From NCBI GenBank assembly GCA_013239625.1, contig MU054001.1, positions 3,044,151-3,108,150 of the forward strand: a DNA stretch of 64,000 nucleotides, written 5' to 3'. The position numbers and the translations under genes are program-made. The stretch is from Lama guanicoe. Lineage: Eukaryota. Under the pieces are notes generated by a model that was given only the letters and a program-made list of their open reading frames with translations, was not told where the DNA came from and did not search any database. Of this stretch, positions 25,654 to 38,760 are shown in pieces. Numbering within the stretch: the stretch's first letter is position 1; each line of letters begins with the position of its first letter.

Positions 25654-26648
25654 ACATTTTATTTTTCCATTTATCAGTGGATAGAGATTTGAATTGTCTC
25701 CACTTTTTAGATATTATGAATAAATGCTGCTGTGAATATTTGTGCACAAGTTTTTGTGTAAAACGTATGTTTCCATTTCCCTTGGGTATATACCTAGGAG
25801 AAGAAATCCTTGGTCATACAGAAACTCCATTTTCAAGCACTTGAGGAACTACCAGACTGTTTTCCATAAGCCTATATACCATTTTACATTCCCACCAGCT
25901 GTATATAAGAGTTCCAATTTTTCCACATCCTTGTCAACACTTACTAATTTGGATTATAGCCACCCTGGGGTATGTAAAATGGTGTCTCATTGTGAGTTTG
26001 GCTTGCATTTCCATGATAGCTAGTGTTGTTGAGCATATTTTCACGTGCTTGTTGGCCATTTGTATATCTTCTTTGGAGAAATGTCTATTCAGATTGTGTG
26101 GCTATTTGTTAACTGGGTTACTTATCTTTTTATTATTGAATTGTAAAACAACTTTATATATTTTAGATATGAGGAGATATATTGTTTGCAAATATCTCCC
26201 ATTCTGTAGGCTGTTTTTTTCACTTTCCTTATGGTATATTTGAAAAGACAAAAGTTTTCAATTTTGATAAAACCCAAGTTGTCTGCCTTCTCCTTTTGTT
26301 GCTCATGCTTTTGGTATCGCATCTAAGAGATAATGATCAAAGCCAAGGTTATGAAGATTTACTCCTAAGTTTTCTTCTAAGAGTTTCGAAGTTATAGCTT
26401 TTACATTTAGGTCTGTGATCCATTTTGAATTAGTTTTGTGTGTGTTGGGAAGAAGGGGTCCATCTTCATTCTTTTGTATGTGGGTGTCCAGTTGTCCTAG
26501 ACCATTTGTTGAAGAGACTGTTCTCTTCCCACTGAATTTTTTTGGCACCCTTGTCAAAAAATTGATTGATCATAAATGTGAGGGTTTATTTCTGGACTCT
26601 CAGTTCTATTGATCCATTGATCTGTATGTTTATCCTTATGTTAGTAGT
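25250..26648 (-). mobile_element. 5'-truncated L1 (L1MA/MB-like) 3' end nested in the older L1
   Basis: Terminus gctttattgagatataattcatatac. The ORF2 C-terminal remnant HKTNSKWITDLNVKAITSKLLEENLGVNLHNLG lies in ORF 26303-26557. Confidence 0.88.
25622..25653. repeat. (TATC)n microsatellite
   Basis: Directly visible in the sequence. Confidence 0.95.
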
Positions 26649-26689
26649 CTTGTTAGTTTTTGTTATAAATATCTAATTCTAACTACATT

Positions 26690-26960
26690 GAGTGGCAAAA
26701 TAGTGAGATGGTTAGAAACATGGACTCAAAGAGCCATTAAGACCTGGGTTCAAATTTAACAGTAGTATGGACTTGGATCATTTATATAAGTCCTTGTGCC
26801 ATTTGTTAGTTGGGGACAATATTGATATTTGCCTCATGGAGTTGTTAAGAGGGGGAAATAAGTTACTATATGTAAAACACTTGAGATAGTGCCTTGCCCA
26901 TCTAAGCATAATTAAGGTAGTTTTATTCCCTGTTAAATGTCAGTTTGTGTTAGCTATTAT
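26690..26960 (+). mobile_element. Near full-length MIR nested in the old L1
   Basis: tagtgagatggttagaaacatggactc...gacctgggttcaaat...tgcctcatggagttgttaagagg...tatgtaaaacacttgagatagtgccttgccca...ttagctattatt matches MIR. Confidence 0.8.
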
Positions 26961-29414
26961 TGTTGATCAGTAATTGATTATATTATAATATGATTACACA
27001 TATGTTAAAAATATGTTATTACTAGTAATAAGACAAAAGTACTTGGCTAGTTTTAAAGCATGTTTAGCAAATTTCATTTAGAGTGGATTACTTCTAATTT
27101 GAAGTTGTAGTTATCTATTTTTGTTGACTTAATCAAGCTTACTAAATATGCTGTTTAAATATTCTACACAATTTCTGATCTTTTTTTTGGCTGTTTATAT
27201 ATCATTTATTAAAAGGGTGTTAAAATTTTTCCTAATAATGCTGAACTTTGTTAATTTCTCCTGGGATTCTGGCTTTTATCCTTTTTTTTCTTCATATATT
27301 TTCAAGCCTTATAATTAAACATTATAATCTTAGAAAAATTTATAGATTCTTACTAATTTGACTCTATTATTTTTATTGTAGTTACTGTATTTATCTCTGA
27401 TGTATTTCACCTTAATTTGTTTTATCTGAAAGGAAGATTGTCAAATCAACTTTCTTTTCTATTGATTTCTGCTGAGTTTGTCTATTTTAATCTTTTTTAC
27501 TCTCAAACTTTATATATCCTTATATTTTAGGTATATCTCAGGCAAACAGCATGTGCTTGCAGTTTTTACTGTTTTAATCTCATCTGTGATCTTTTTTAGA
27601 ATGAATATGTTTAGTCTATTAATATTTATTGTGATTACTGATATACCTGTATTTACTTTTATGGCCTGCTTCATGCTTTCCAGTTGTCCTGTTTTTTTCT
27701 GTTTTTCCCTCCACTTCTTCCATATTCTTTTATTGAGTGTTTCCTTCACTCATGCCGTTTTTAACTGTATCATTTTGTAAATTATCCACTCTCTCTTTAA
27801 AAAAAAAATTTAGTGGTAATGTTACTGTTTTTGCATGTGTATTTACAAAGCCCAAAGTTAATTGATATCTTCATCTTTTTCCTAAAATGTAGGACACTCT
27901 AACTGATCCAATTTCCTCCCAGTATAATTTTTCCAGTATATTATCTCCATATAGTTTAACTCCTCAAAATAGCATTGCTATTTGTAATAAATAAATGCTG
28001 GCCTAAATTTAATTTTAAATATAAACCAATTTTGTATCACATACTTTTCATGGTCTTATATTCTTTAAATGAGAATCTTTTTATGGTGATTTTCATTTCT
28101 GTTTGACTGAATATGTTCCATTCATTCTAGGCAGATAGTTTCACTTTGTATACAATTTTAGGTTGACAGATATTTTCTCTCAGCATGTCTCACTACTTTC
28201 TGGCTTCCAAAGTAACACTCTTCAGAAATCAGCTGTCAGTTTAAATGTTTTTCTTTATAAGTAACATATTTTTTTTTCTGATTTGTATTTAAGTTCTTCT
28301 CTATCTTTTATGCTTTTTATTTTCATTGTAATGTGACTGGGTGTAGTTTTTGTGTGAACCCATGCTTTTTGAATTGAAGATTTGTGTCTTTCATAAATTT
28401 TGGAAAAATCTTAACATTCAGTTTTTGCCTCTCCCTCAATTTCTCATCTTTCTTTCTGGAAACTTTATTTAACATATGTTGGACCTTCTATTTCTCTCCT
28501 CTGAGTCTCTTCCTTTTTCTGTTATTTCCCTGTCTGCCCATGCTGAATTTTGGATAATTCCTTCAGATTGAGCATCTAGTTCATAATAATTTTGGCTACT
28601 TGGAATTTACAATTAAAAACATCCATTATGTTTTTAACTTCAAATACATTTTTTTTTTCAGTTTTACAAATCCTGTTTGGTACTTTTCCAAATCTACTTT
28701 ATTACTTACATTGTCTCTTGCTCCTAACTCATATTTTAATTCCCTCTTATGTTTTCCAATTATACTAACATGCTTTGTTTATATTTTGCATTTCATGATT
28801 TTATTACCAAAGGCTGTGTTGTTGTTGTTCTATGGCTTTTATTTTAATTAGCTCAAATTCCACTTGTTGCTGTGATGTTCAACTGTGAGCATATATTTCT
28901 CAGAATTCCATCCTTCCAGAGGATATTTTATTTGCTTCTGCCTGTTGTCTGGGGGGATCCATAAACTTGGGATCAATTTAAAACAAGTTCTCAGCCTGAG
29001 GGACTTTTGGACAACAATGAGACAAGTTTCATGATTAAAAATCCTCTTTATTCATTCTCAAAGTGGAGCAATTCAGTTTAGTTTCCTTGATGTTTCCAGA
29101 TGTAGCATATGTATACACAAAGTACTTCTATTTGCCCTTCCAGTAAGGATACGTGCTTTGGTGTCCCTTTTTCTTTCATGCCTGTGTCTTCTGCAGTCAT
29201 TTGAAAGGAAAAAGCCGGATTGGGTACTACCTTACCTCTCTAGGTCCCTCTTTCTCTTTTGTTTTCTTTTCCTTGGGGAATCTTTGCTTTTTAAAAGAAG
29301 ATAGCTCAGTTATTTATTTTAAAATATGAGAAGTTCCCCCTGCTCCCCATTTTCAGCCCAGTTTCTTTTCAATTTCAGTGTGAGCATCCTTCTGTGTGTG
29401 TTTATAGGTATGTC

Positions 29415-29415
29415 T

Positions 29416-29446
<31 letters not shown>

Positions 29447-29455
29447 CGCATGTGT
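29415..29455. repeat. (TG)12(CG)5 compound microsatellite
   Basis: Directly visible as 41 bp of uninterrupted purine-pyrimidine alternation. Confidence 0.95.
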
Positions 29456-30099
29456 TCATGCACACATGCATACAGTGAATAATCTATTCCATTATACTTC
29501 TGGAAACAGAAAGCCTTTCAGATTCTGATTCTTCTATCTCTTCTGAAAGTATCCCTTGCGCTACAGTGTAAAATAATTTTTAATGTGTGAGATTAAATTA
29601 TTTTCTCCATCTCCTTGCCATGCTCATGTATTCTTGTTTGCCTACTAAATTAGGAGAAAAATTAAACTCTCACACTTCCTGAATAATATGTCTGGTTTTC
29701 ACTTTCAGGTTTCAAGTACACTATTCTTGCATTCTCTAACTTAACTCTCTGATGCTTAGGGGAAGACATATCTGTGACATGATACAGGGAAACTTAGTTT
29801 CTGAAACAGACCTTGCTGGCCATTAGCAACCAGAAATGGCTCCCAAAGTTTAAAAAGAAAAAAAAGTATTGATTAGAAACAAAATTGAAATGTCCTATTA
29901 TCGCACCAAATAAACAATACAGGAGAATGGGAATTTCATACCAATATCTTGAGCCCTTACATTAGGTTCATGTTTGAAGTGAGTAATTTGATTCAATGAA
30001 ATATACTAGTAAAGAATTAAGAACAGTGGCTCCACAAGGGATTTGTAATCTTTACTAATTTAGAGACTGGGACAATAGTGATGTGCTCTTCTTAAAGGA

Positions 30100-30335
30100 A
30101 ATATACTATACTGGTCAAGATCATGGACTCTGAAACCAGACAGGCCTGGATTTGAATCCTTTACTCTGTTGGTTAGCCTCTCTAAGCCTCAGTTCCTTGT
30201 TCTGGAAATAGGGATAGTATTAGAAACTATGTCATATGCCTATTGTGAGAATTGACAACACTGTATTTGACAGGACTTAACAAGCACTTATCATGGTTTA
30301 CGACATATAGTAAGAGCTCAAGCATTTAAGTTTCA
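30100..30335 (+). mobile_element. MIR
   Basis: tggactctgaaaccagacaggcctggatttgaatcc...ctctctaagcctcagttccttgttctggaaatagggatagta matches MIR. Confidence 0.8.
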
Positions 30336-31954
30336 CTAGTATTGTGATTCAGTACTATTTGTCCAGCATGGAGCGATACTGTCCACACCTTCGGTGCTGC
30401 ACCAGCTGGACAGGAGTCAGGGTTAACTTATAATTCGTGATTATGGGTGCCTGAAAAGATGTTGGAAAATTCCCCCAACATCCGTGCAATGAACATGTTT
30501 TCACCCCATAATACAGGACAACTATATCATGAGGCACTGTGCTTGAAAGGGAGAAAAAAACTGAGGGGAATTACAAAAACAAACAGCTAGACCACATCCC
30601 AATTTCTAAACAGTAGAAACCACCCCTGCAGAGAGAGGTACAAGATGGTGTTCCACTATTTAACATAGTGTGAACTTCAGCAAAGAAAGGGAGTGAATCT
30701 CCTTTCCATCTGCTGTTGGATGAAGAGCATAATGAAATGTATGTTAAGAAATAAAGAGACCTAAAATGTGTTTAATTGTAGAGATGCTAAAAGCATGGCA
30801 AAACGTGTGTGCCAATAATGCAACTTTATCCAAACTATGTTTGAACAGCCTGCAATAGATTGTCAGAGCTGGCCCTTGCATTCACTTAAGCTAATACTGA
30901 GTGTCTCATTTCTACAAAGTAAATCACAGTGGCTTTGGTACTTTATTTTCCATCTTGTGTATAAGTAAACTGCATGATCAATTGGAAGGTAGAATCAATC
31001 TGCTATTTATTACCTTGAAATGTGACACCCTATTTTAAGTGCCCTATTCCCTTCTGATTTCACTTGAGAACAGTATTATGTCCAAACAATATAGAAACCA
31101 GCTTTACAGCTCCTGGGTTTTTTTACATCAGCCTGGATGGATTTATATTGTATATAACTTTCAGAACCTAAATAAGTTACTTAGTAGATTTTGAAACAAG
31201 CATGTAAACGAGGAAGAGTCATTTGGGATTTGGGGGGTCTTAAATCTTAGCAGAATGCACTCATGACCAGAGCATTTTTTTAATCAAAAAAAAAAAAAAA
31301 AAGCATGCAGGACTCCCATTGACCCACCGATCATGGCTTAAAGTTCCAAAGAAAATAAATAAAAATCTCCTGTCTAGGGAAAAGAGTTAGGCTTCATGGG
31401 GATTCTGTCATCTTGTCATTATACTTTGCAAAGAAACCCTGGCCTCTAATTTACGGGTTTCAGAAAGAATGCCTCCTCACACTGCTGGGAGGTTGAAAGG
31501 GCAAGAGATCTGATGTATATCAGAAAGGTTAAACCTAATCTTTGTGACCTGCCACCCGCTTTTCCTGATTAAAACATGAAGGGTGGGGGCCCAGCAAAGA
31601 CGCGTAAAGCACTGTCTGTATCTTAGTCCCCAATCTTAGTCTGAGGTCTTGGTTTATTTCAAAATGATCGTTATTGTAGGCTTGGTGGTGACTACACAAA
31701 ACGTCTCTAGCAAGTGTGATAAAACATTTTTAAATGCCCTAAACTGAGTTAGATGAAATTGAAGAGAAACTGACAGTAATGAAAAGCTGGTGACAAGCTT
31801 GATCCCCATAAATTTGTATTTTATTAGGGCTTAGACTTAAGGTTAACCAGAAAGAGAAGAGAAGAAAGAGATGAAAACCTTAAAGGTGGTCCAAGAAAGA
31901 TCACGGCAACATCACACATCTCCTTAGCTAATATGACAGTGGGTTCTTCCATCC

Positions 31955-32004
31955 TGCTTTCCTTCCTTCTTTCCTTCCTTCTTGTTTGCTTTCTTTCTTT
32001 CTTT

Positions 32005-32039
<35 letters not shown>

Positions 32040-32040
32040 T
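31955..32040. repeat. Compound (CCTT)/(CTTT)/(CTTG)n microsatellite
   Basis: Directly visible in the sequence. Confidence 0.95.
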
Positions 32041-32380
32041 CATCTATAATTGTATACACTTCATTATGGATAAGTTCTAAAACCTTTTGTGCTCAACAGT
32101 GTCTCAACAGAATTCATCCAGGGCTTCTTGGAAGATAAACTTAAGAAGGAAGGATGGTTTCTTCCTTTACAAAAGTAAATTAATTAATATTAATTAATAT
32201 TCCAGTATTTCAGGTTGCAACTCATTTCAACCTCTCCTTATCCTTCAGAAAATTGGGACTATATATTCTAAGCTTTTGGCATCCTCTCCTATGAACCAAG
32301 GCCTGTAGGACAAAGCATAAGTGAAAAGGGTATTAATGTACACACTGATGGAATTTAAACCTGAGAACGATTATATATGA

Positions 32381-32441
32381 GTGTGTGTGTGTCTGTGTGT
32401 GTGTGTGTGTGTGTGTCTCTGTGTGTGTGTGTGTGTGTGTG
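32381..32441. repeat. (TG)n microsatellite with TC interruptions
   Basis: Directly visible in the sequence. Confidence 0.95.
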
Positions 32442-33459
32442 AAAAAGTTCCTCCTTTCCCCTTCATCCCTTCAGACCCCCCAAAACTTGTCTAAAACAGC
32501 TAATGTGTTCTGGGATTTATAGGGAAATTTATTATCTTACAGATAAAATAAAAATTTTACATTGTATACAGCCTAGGACAGACTCTGAGAATAAATGTAA
32601 TTCTCCTAAATTATAAGGAAATATAACTTCTGGGTAAGTTCTTGTATCATTGCCATGTAACCTTCAGTCAACCTGGAAGTCACAAGGGACTTTTGATTCT
32701 AAACAATAAAGTTCAAGAGAGACATATCCAGAGGGATGAAGTTCATAGGTTTACTTAAAGACAAAGAGGGGCAGGGGGTGGGGAAATGAACCGAAAATAA
32801 AGACAAGCCAACTATTCATTTCTTATCACAGCCAGCCAATGTTAATTAAAACATCATTGCAAATGTATATCAGCAAGGAAACTTCTGCTGGTTCAGGAGG
32901 CATGTGCCTATGTAATCATAAAGATTTCTTGGTTATTTATTTGCTGTTTGGATCTTATCCTTCGCCTCAACAAGCAAGTCCCTCTCCACCCCCATCACTG
33001 CTTTCCTTTTATTACAGGCGCTCTGTATAATCCACCATAAACAGGAGGGAAACACACAGGCCCTTGTTTGAACTTCTGTAATGAATCCTTCCAATATATG
33101 ATTTCCTTCAAAAGTTATTTTTTATTTTATTGCAGTCTGTTTGCGTATTCTCCCCAATAATCGTTTGGACAATATTCGTACTGGTAAAATGGCTTTGAAG
33201 GGTTCTTGCCTCAGAAGATTGCTGGTTGACTCAGCATGCCAATGATTAAGGGTGCTCTTGTGTGGCTGGGCTCCCCCGGTGGCATGCTGGCCGCTTCCTG
33301 TACAAAGCTGGGGTAGGAAGGCTTCCTTCCCAGAGCCTGGACCCTTCCCCATTGTTGTTTTGTTTTGTTTTCTTTTCAGTGAAAGACTTGCCACTAGTGA
33401 TTCTCAATCTCAATCTGCCAAAATCGTCTTTACTCCCCTCCAGTAAACAAACCAGAGAT

Positions 33460-33830
33460 TTGAAGCAGAAAGCCCCTGTGCCAGGTTTGGCCCACAGTTT
33501 TGGGTTTTGGTGGATGTGCCCAGTTCAAAAACATTTTTAAAAGAATTTCTTAATGCTTAAAAATTATAAGTTTTCACATAAAATTCTGGGTTTATGGAAT
33601 AGCTGCTATGTATTATTTTTTTTTCCCTCTGACCAAGGAAACCTCTGTGTGAAGATTTTCTCTTGAAAAATTAGAAGAACTGGTAAGCTGGGCCCACCTT
33701 GCCACACGGCAGCCAACCTCATCTGCAGATGGGAGGGGATTTAAATGCAGGCCCCTTGTTTAGGACAGTTGATTTCTATTTTTCAAGTACCTTCCTCGCC
33801 CCTTTATAGGCACTGGATTTGGTACCTGGA
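33460..33830. mobile_element. MER102-like hAT-Charlie relic
   Basis: ttttcacataaaattctggg...ttctcttgaaaaattagaagaactggtaagctgggcccaccttgccacacggc resembles MER102. Confidence 0.6.
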
Positions 33831-34834
33831 AATAACTAGTTCTAGAGACAAGGTATCAGAAAGTATGTTGTTGTTGAATTGGCAGGAGATCAAGCCATAA
33901 GTATCTGAATTTCAATTTATTCCCTACTTCCTTTGAAGATGCTTAGGACTCTATTTTCCAACCTGCCTAACTCTTATAGGAAATATTTTATAGTCATAAT
34001 CATTAGAAAAGGCTTCTTCATTTTTACCTCCCCCAACCCCACCCATGGGGTCTAGTTCCATGCATTACATGTGTTCTATGATTTAATGAATGAATGAATG
34101 AATGAATGAGTGAATGAGATGCTTGTCAGGGGCTAATGGAATTTACATCTGATAGGTGTATGAAAAGATATTACTGGAGACACCCTTCTACCTCTTGCTC
34201 TAATGATGGCAGCTAGACCTCCCCTTCGTCAAATACTCATTCCTTTGAAACCCCAGTGCCAAAAACAGGTATTAACCACAGGAGGCCTGCAATACATATT
34301 TGTTAGATAAGTTAATTAGTTGATGAAACTTCAAAAATGGTAGCTAACTTTTACTCAGCACATATCATGTGCCAGTATGGATCTAAGTACTTGATATGAA
34401 TTAACTTAAAACTTTAGTACCATTTTACACATGAGAAAACCAAGACAGAAAGATTACTTTTTCCCTGATTCTGAAGATCGAAAATTTGGAGTTGGCATAC
34501 AAACACTGGCAACCCAGGCAATCTGACTACAGAGTTCACTTTGGTTTTGGTTTGTTTGTTTGTTTTTGTTTGTAACTCTTTAATCGAGGTATTATTTTTT
34601 GAACTACAATCGTGTACTGGCTGTACAATAACATACTGCCATTCCTTGGGGAGGGTGTACTTCCTTAAGCTTGGTTTCATTTTCTCAAGCAGTTTAATCT
34701 TATGAGCAGGAAATATAAACCTACTTTAATTTTGAAAGGACTTTAAAGAACCAGTGGACAGTATGAACAGGGATCACATGAACCCAGAGAATCTGGCCCT
34801 TATAGAGAGCTGCTCCCTTTTAATATAGGGGTTT

Positions 34835-35275
34835 TTGGTATAGTTAGATAATGATAGCTGCTGTAACAAATAGACCCAGTCATATATATATATATAGGCT
34901 CAAACTTAGTGGAAGTATATTTTTTCCCTTGTGGAGATTAAGGTAGGCATTCCGGGTGAAGGAGGCAACTCTCTTCCATGCATTCAGGAACTGAGTCTGA
35001 TGGAGCCTTTTTCATTTTCAACCCATTACATACAATGTTGTGATGGTGATATCCATCCATCCAGCCAGAAACAGATGACTGCACAGAGAAGTCCACAAAG
35101 GAAGGTTTTATGGGTCAAGCCTGGAAGGGACTCATTACATCCTGCCAATGTTCCACTGATGAGAATTTTATCATTTGGCCATGCCTCACTTCAAGCGAGA
35201 CTGAGAAATGTCTGCCACTCTGCTCAGGAAGAATAGAAAACAAGGACTTTGGTGGACAGCTCACCACCATCTCTT
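34835..35275 (-). mobile_element. Old MaLR LTR (MLT1J/K-like)
   Basis: agttagataatgatagctgctgtaacaaatagaccc...ggctcaaac...ttccactgatgagaatttta...gagactgagaaatgt resembles antisense MLT1. Confidence 0.6.
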
Positions 35276-35954
35276 ACCTTTCCTGAAGTGAAAGATATTT
35301 GTGTAAGGAAGACTTGCCTAGACTACGTGTTTAAAATATCTGCCAATGCAACCAATTCTCTCAAAGCTTTCAAAAGTGAGCGGGCATACTGCAATTTAGA
35401 AATTGAGCTAAGAGTTATCATTGGAAGACATTTTACTACCAGCAGTATGCACTGAAAAATCAACACTTCAAAACTCTAGGGAATGGGACTTTTTAGAGAA
35501 TATTAGAGAATTCTTAAAAGAACACTTAGAGAAAATTGAGAATGTATTTTTCAGAGTCATTTCCCTACATCCCAAATTAACAGATACAGTTCTAGGATCA
35601 CTACTCTTGCAATCAAAGGGTTGGTTAGTTTCTGTTTCCTTTTTAGGGGGCAGAGATAGCAAAATAAAATTTCACACATTTGACTTTTGCTATAAATAGT
35701 GCTTTCCAGGGAAATTCTATTTTATTTTTGTTAGTTTGTTTTATTTTGTCTTGTTTTTCATGAAGGCTTAGGGATAAAACAAGGGAAGGACAAACCGTGT
35801 CAACTAGATCAACCTGAAATTTTATCTATTGGGCATTTCTTCTTTGCTTCAACTAGCAGAAACTAAGCACAAACAGAAATATTTTTTGTCTCATCTGCAA
35901 CTTGGAGTTCTCATACCACTGTTTGTCTTCTACTGGAGGCACTCACTGTAAGAC

Positions 35955-36630
35955 ATCCCTAGCTCCAAGAGCGTGGTCTCTAAATACCATTTCCACTGAA
36001 GAAATGGATGATTTCAGGTCTTGCAGGGGAATGTGCAAGGCAAGCCTGAAATATTTTGTCATTCCAGAAAGCAAGAAAGATATAAAAGACTACTAAGATT
36101 ATGTCAAAAGGACTCAGAAGCCAAAGAACTCAGAAGACACCCACTGGCCAAAAATGAGATAATGGGAGCATTAAATGTTTAACAAGTATAATAGATTGGA
36201 ACACTTTACACATGCTTAGAGCCACGAGATCATAATGATGTAAACACAACCAAGCATATAAACAACTGTAATAACAAAGGCCTTATGTTCATCTTTGAAC
36301 GTTGATAGGAAACACATTATTTTAAAAAATAGCAAAGAAAATGATTAAGCATTTGCCCTGCCTTTCATCTATAAACTGTTCATTAAGGTAATCAGAGAGC
36401 TAATAATTAATAATGAAGGGAAATCTCTCTTTTATAGAAGTATTACAACTTCTGGAATAAATGAAGGAGGAACGATAAAACTCCATCACCATTTTGTGGT
36501 CCCTAATGAGCTAGTGGGTCCAGGCAATAATTATCAATATTTGCTAAGACCACAAAAGGAAAGTTACCAGATATTAGATGCCTCCCATTGGAAGGCTACA
36601 ACATTCCTCAGAAGTAACCTTGACAATGTT
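35955..36630 (+). mobile_element. L1MC-like 3' UTR fragment
   Basis: gtggtctctaaataccatttccact...ttttgtcattccagaaagcaag...aaagactactaagattatgtcaaaaggactcagaagccaa resembles the L1MC 3' UTR. Confidence 0.65.
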
Positions 36631-36644
36631 TTATTTTGTTTTAA

Positions 36645-36722
36645 CTGAATCTTCATAGATACAGAGAACAGACTGGTGGTGCCAGAGACAGGACTGGGGA
36701 GTGGGGGAAATGGGTGAAGGTA
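36645..36722 (+). mobile_element. L1 3' UTR fragment without a tail
   Basis: catagatacagagaacagactggtggtgccagag...gggggaaatgggtgaagg is an L1 3' UTR motif. Confidence 0.7.
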
Positions 36723-36724
36723 GA

Positions 36725-36972
36725 AATGAATGGGATTAGTGCCCTTATAAAGAGACCCCCAAAGAGTTCTCTGGTCCCTTTTCTGCCACATGAGGGCACA
36801 ATGAGAAGTTAGAAGCCTGCATCTCAGAAGAGGGCTCTCACCAGAACCTGACCATGCCTGCAGTCTTATCTTTGACTTCCAGACTCTAGAAATGCGAGAA
36901 ATAAATACCTGTTGTGCATAAGCCTCCCAGTCTATGATAATTTTGTTACAGCAGCCTGGACTGACTAAGATA
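36725..36972 (+). mobile_element. MaLR LTR 3' half (MLT1A-like)
   Basis: atgaatgggattagtgcccttataag...ctcaccagaacctgaccatgc...gacttccagactctagaaatgcgagaaataaat...gcagcctggactgactaagata matches the MLT1A 3' half. Confidence 0.85.
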
Positions 36973-38364
36973 CTATCTGCCTATCCATCTGTGTGTCTAC
37001 CCTGTGCCTGGAACTGAGTGGCCCATGGAAGACCTTAAATAATTACATGAATCACTGCTGAATGCTCCATGCATTTTTAAATTTTTCTTCCCAAGTTTAA
37101 AACATCTTAAAGGTAGAAATCATATCTTGTTCTCCATATTGCCTAAGAGCATGGTGCACATAGTAGGTGGTCAGTAAAAACTCATCATCAATTGATTGCA
37201 GAAAGGAGTTTAATAGCATCCTCCAGTTTTAAGTAGGAGAGCCGCTTTTCTCTTTTTTCTTTATGGCCGACAATACCCAGATACTCAAACCGAAGATGTG
37301 AGGGACAGTTTTACAAGTCTTCAAAGTAAACCAAAATCCTCTTTAAGCAGCATCTTTAAAGTCTTTGAACATCCCAACAAGGTTTCCTCTATGCCAAGCT
37401 ATGATCACCTTGGGGGATTTATGGTGAGGTCCATTCTCATAATTGCAGGGCTGGGCTTGAAGCGAAGTTCCTGTGCAAAGCTTTGCCTGCTTTGGAGGTT
37501 TTATTAATCTTGGCAAATGGGAAGGAGGCCAGAATCCAGGGCTGCAGCTGAGGGCCAGGGATCCCCTCTCTGTCCCTTCAGACTCAGCTTCAGAGAAGAG
37601 GGGGAGAGGAAGCTCTCCCAGCTAAGGTCTGTGCCCCAACCAGAGCCCACACCTGGCCTCTCCAGGAAGCGGTGGGTGGCTGTCCCTCGAAGAAACCATT
37701 TTCCTTTAATATTTTACATGAGGATTCTTTCTTTAATGTTTTCCCAAGATGTATGGAATGTGCAGAGTTTATGAAAGAAGCAATTAAGTGGGTGGAACCT
37801 GTAAACCAGGCTGATATTTTAAAGTATGCTCATTTACTGCCATGCCATTATAATTATTCCACTCGCCCTCTCGCCAGCCCACCTCCTCCCAATCCCACTG
37901 GCTCCTCAGGGGTGCAGGGTACCTGGTCCTGATGCTTCCGTACCTTCCCCTGTGTGGACCTGTACTTTGGAGATAGACTGAGCCCAGGCTGTGGCTTCTC
38001 CAGTGGGCAGAGCTGGCCCACTGCTCTTCTCACCTTCATTGTCATAATAGTCACTACACGTTTCCTTCTTAAAAGTTAATAAATCTGTTCACCTCCATGA
38101 GCTCATCAAACCTTCAAAGTTGCTTCAAATCCTTGCACTATAGATGGGACTTAATCAAAAGATTCCAGGTGCTGTGCTGAGATTAAGGGCTTTGGAGGTG
38201 GAAGAGCCTTTCAAATTCCATCACATTTCAAAAGTGGGAAACTGGGATGTTGTCTGACCTCTTTGAGCCATACTTTTGTCATCAATGAAATAGCAAAATA
38301 GGGAGAATTATACCTTCCTGAGAGAGCTGTAAGGCATTCAAATGGAGTCATGTGTTTGCACTCT

Positions 38365-38760
38365 TATTAGTTAGGATAGGGACAGGTGACTGCCTTACAG
38401 ACTCCCAAGTCCCAGTGGCTTAATCAAATGGAAGCTGATTTCTCTCTGCGTAAACTTCAGTTGCGAGTGTGGTGGGCAGTATTCCATGTGGTGACTCAGG
38501 TACCCGGGCTGCTTCCGCCTAGCTATTCCCCCACATCCTGGGGCCTTGGAGTCCTCCATAGAGCTCTCTGCCGATGAGGGGCGGAGGATGCAGAGGTTGG
38601 GATCAGGCCTGAAGTTGCACATATCATTTCTGTCTGCATTTCATTGGCCAAATCAGCCACATGGCCTCACGTGACTGCAGAGGAGACTAGGAGATGCTGT
38701 TGAGCTATGGATTCAGCAAGTGAATCATAGCAACAGGATCAAGTGAACATGTAGCACTGT
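38365..38760 (-). mobile_element. Old MaLR LTR (MLT1-like), flanked by MIR fragments
   Basis: attagttaggatagg...ccagtggcttaatcaaatggaag...tcattggccaaatcagccacatggcctcac resembles antisense MLT1. Confidence 0.6.

Larger units (their letters stand above)
22070..28900 (-). mobile_element. Very old, long L1 (L1ME/L1M5-like), antisense, interrupted by younger insertions
   Basis: Strong T skew over ~7 kb. The minus ORF 27510-27749 contains ISVITININRLN...TCCLPEIYLKYKD, matching the L1 ORF2 endonuclease N-terminus (ITLNVNGLN...CCLQETHL). Degenerate ORF2 and 3' motifs continue toward 22 kb. Confidence 0.75.
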
